Source of the DNA: Paragordius varius
Lineage: Eukaryota; Animalia; Nematomorpha
Direction: 5' to 3'
Length of the DNA stretch: 23,854 bases
NCBI GenBank assembly: GCA_964247055.1
Contig: CAXTSY010000017.1
Location: 1 to 23,854 of the forward strand
Within the stretch, counting starts at the first letter, position 1. Every line of letters begins with the position of its first letter. A program made the translations under genes and the position numbers. The notes under the pieces were generated by a model. That model had not been told where the DNA came from, searched no databases, and saw only the letters and a list, made by a program, of their open reading frames with translations. Positions 20,301-23,854 of this stretch are shown piece by piece.

Positions 20301-23300
20301 AAATATTTTGGGGATCGGACTCTAAATGTAATTTTTATGAATTTTTTAAATATTTAAAAAATTTATTTTATACGATTTTAAAAATAAAAATGGCTACCTA
20401 AAATCCAAATTTGATCAGGTGATGTCACCATAATTTTTTTTGGGTAGCCCTATGGTAGTTCCATCATCACCCCAAATATTTTCGAGATCGGAGTATAAAT
20501 GTAATTTTTATGAATTTTTTAAATATTTAAAAAATTTATTTTATACGATTTTAAAAATAAAAATGGCTACCTAAAATCCAAATTTGATCAGGTGATGTCA
20601 CCATAATTTTTTTTGGGTAGCCCTATGGTAGTTCCATCATAACCCCAAATATTTTTGAGATCGGACTTTAAATGTAATTTTTATGAATTTTTTAGATATT
20701 TAAAAAATTTATTTTATACGATTTTAAAAATAAAAATGGCTACCTAAAGTCCAAATTTGATCAGGTGATGTCACCATAATTTTTTTTGGGTAGCCCTATG
20801 GTAGTTCCATCATCACCCCAAATATTTTGGGGATCGGACTATAAATGTAATTTTTATGAATTTTTTAAATATTTAAAAAATTTATTTTATACGATTTTAA
20901 AAATAAAAATGGCTACCTAAAATCCAAATTTGATCAGGTGATGTCACCATAATTTTTTTTGGGTAGCCCTATGGTAGTTCCATCATCACCCCAAATATTT
21001 TCGAGATCGGAGTATAAATGTAATTTTTATGAATTTTTTAAATATTTAAAAAATTTATTTTATACGATTTTAAAAATAAAAATGGCTACCTAAAATCCAA
21101 ATTTGATCAGGTGATGTCACCATAATTTTTTTTGGGTAGCCCTATGGTAGTTCCATCATCACCCCAAATATTTTCAAGATCGGAGTATAAATGTAATTTT
21201 TATGAATTTTTTAAATATTTAAAAAATTTATTTTATACGATTTTAAAAATAAAAATGGCTACCTAAAATCCAAATTTGATCAGGTGATGTCACTATAATT
21301 TTTTTGGGTAGCCCTATGGTAGTTCCATCATCACCCCAAATTTTTTGGGGATCGGACTATAAATGTAATTTTTATGAATTTTTTAAATATTTAAAAAATT
21401 TATTTTATACGATTTTTAAAATATAAATGGCTACCTAAAATCCAAATTTGATCAGGTGATGTCGCCATAATTTTTTTTGGGTAGCCCTATGGTAGTTCCA
21501 TCATCACCCCAAATATTTTGGGGATCGGACTATAAATGTAATTTTTATGAATTTTTTAAATATTTAAAAAATTTATTTTATACGATTTTAAAAATAAAAA
21601 TGGCTACCTAAAATCCAAATTTGATCAGGTGATGTCACCATAATTTTTTTTGGGTAGCCCTATGGTAGTTCCATCATCACCCCAAATATTTTCGAGATCG
21701 GAGTATAAATGTAATTTTTATAAATTTTTTAAATATTTAAAAAATTTATTTTATACGATTTTAAAAATAAAAATGGCTACCTAAAATCCAAATTTGATCA
21801 GGTGATGTCACCATAATTTTTTTTGGGTAGCCCTATGGTAGTTCCATCATCACCCCAAATATTTTCGAGATCGGAGTATAAATGTAATTTTTATGAATTT
21901 TTTAAATATTTAAAAAATTTATTTTATACGATTTTAAAAATAAAAATGGCTACCTAAAATCCAAATTTGATCAGGTGATGTCACCATAATTTTTTTGGGT
22001 AGCCCTATGGTAGTTCCATCATAACCCCAAATATTTTTGAGATCGGACTTTAAATGTAATTTTTATGAATTTTTTAGATATTTAAAAAATTTATTTTATA
22101 CGATTTTAAAAATAAAAATGGCTACCTAAAATCCAAATTTGATCAGGTGATGTCACCATAATGTTTTTTGGGTAGCCCTATGGTAGTTCCATCATCACCC
22201 CAAATATTTTGGGGATCGGAGTATAGCCCTATGGTAGTTCCATCATCACCCCAAATTTTTTGGGGATCGGACTATAAATGTAATTTTTATGAATTTTTTA
22301 AATATTTAAAAAATTTATTTTATACGATTTTTAAAATATAAATGGCTACCTAAAATCCAAATTTGATCAGGTGATGTCGCCATAATTTTTTTTGGGTAGC
22401 CCTATGGTAGTTCCATCATCACCCCAAATATTTTCGAGATCGGAGTATAAATGTAATTTTTATGAATTTTTTAAATATTTAAAAAATTTATTTTATACGA
22501 TTTTAAAAATAAAAATGGCTACCTAAAATCCAAATTTGATCAGGTGATGTCACCATAATTTTTTTTGGGTAGCCCTATGGTAGTTCCATCATAACCCCAA
22601 ATATTTTTGAGATCGGACTTTAAATGTAATTTTTATGAATTTTTTAAATATTTAAAAAATTTATTTTATACGATTTTAAAAATAAAAATGGCTACCTAAA
22701 ATCCAAATTTGATCAGGTGATGTCACCATAATTTTTTTTGGGTTCCATCATAACCCCAAATATTTTTGAGATCGGACTTTAAATGTAATTTTTATGAATT
22801 TTTTAGATATTTAAAAAATTTATTTTATACGATTTTAAAAATAAAAATGGCTACCTAAAAACCAAATTTGATCAGGTGATGTCGCCATAATTTTTTTTGG
22901 GTAGCCCTATGGTAGTTCCATCATCACCCCAAATATTTTCGAGATCGGAGTATAAATGTAATTTTTATAAATTTTTTAAATATTTAAAAAATTTATTTTA
23001 TACGATTTTAAAAATAAAAATGGCTACCTAAAATCCAAATTTGATCAGGTGATGTCACCATAATTTTTTTTGGGTAGCCCTATGGTAGTTCCATCATCAC
23101 CCCAAATATTTTCGAGATCGGAGTATAAATGTAATTTTTATGAATTTTTTAAATATTTAAAAAATTTATTTTATACGATTTTAAAAATAAAAATGGCTAC
23201 CTAAAATCCAAATTTGATCAGGTGATGTCACCATAATTTTTTTTGGGTAGCCCTATGGTAGTTCCATCATAACCCCAAATATTTTTGAGATCGGACTTTA

Positions 23301-23854
23301 AATGTAATTTTTATGAATTTTTACAGATATTTAAAAAATTTATTTTATACGATTTTAAAAATAAAAATGGCTACCTAAAATCCAAATTTGATCAGGTGAT
23401 GTCACCATAATTTTTTTTGGGTAGCCCTATGGTAGTTCCATCATCACCCCAAATATTTTGGGGATCGGACTATAAATGTAATTTTTATGAATTTTTTAAA
23501 TATTTAAAAAATTTATTATATACGATTTTAAAAATAAAAATGGCTACCTAAAATCCAAATTTGATCAGGTGATGTCACCATAATTTTTTTTGGGTAGCCC
23601 TATGGTTGTTCCATCATCACCCCAAATATTTTCGAGATCGGAGTATAAATGTAATTTTTATGAATTTTTTAAATATTTAAAAAATTTATTTTATACGATT
23701 TTAAAAATAAAAATGGCTACCTAAAATCCAAATTTGATCAGGTGATGTCACCATAATTTTTTTTGGGTAGCCCTATGGTAGTTCCATCATCACCCCAAAT
23801 ATTTTCGAGATCGGAGTATAAATGTAATTTTTATGAATTTTTTAAATATTTAAA
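11360..23854. repeat. 173-bp AT-rich satellite DNA, about 72 head-to-tail monomers, continuing past the window end
   Basis: Monomer ATAAATGTAATTTTTATGAATTTTTTAAATATTTAAAAAATTTATTTTATACGATTTTAAAAATAAAAATGGCTACCTAAAATCCAAATTTGATCAGGTGATGTCACCATAATTTTTTTTGGGTAGCCCTATGGTAGTTCCATCATCACCCCAAATATTTTCGAGATCGGAGT. Starts at 11361, 11534, 11707 (period 173). Only a few substitutions per copy. Confidence 0.98.

Overview
This is a eukaryotic chromosome end, not a bacterial region. From the tip inward: (i) about 2.9 kb of canonical (CCCTAA)n telomere (1-2901); (ii) an 8.5-kb foldback structure (2903-11359) whose two inverted arms each have an outer array of 33-35 bp CpG-rich units (core ACTGACGACGGATAG) and an inner AT-rich segment, around a 4-kb AT-rich spacer; (iii) in the right arm only, an 857-bp 5'-truncated Penelope-like retroelement fragment with a GIY-YIG/CCHH endonuclease frame broken by one in-frame TAA, a probable decayed minimal hammerhead ribozyme and a 7-bp flanking direct repeat; (iv) a 173-bp AT-rich, dyad-rich satellite of about 72 copies from 11360 to the window end. 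No intact protein-coding gene is supported. Apart from the two ORFs inside the Penelope-like fragment, the listed ORFs are repeat or antisense artefacts, and those I checked start at TTG. The organism cannot be identified from this window. All alignments and counts were done by eye.
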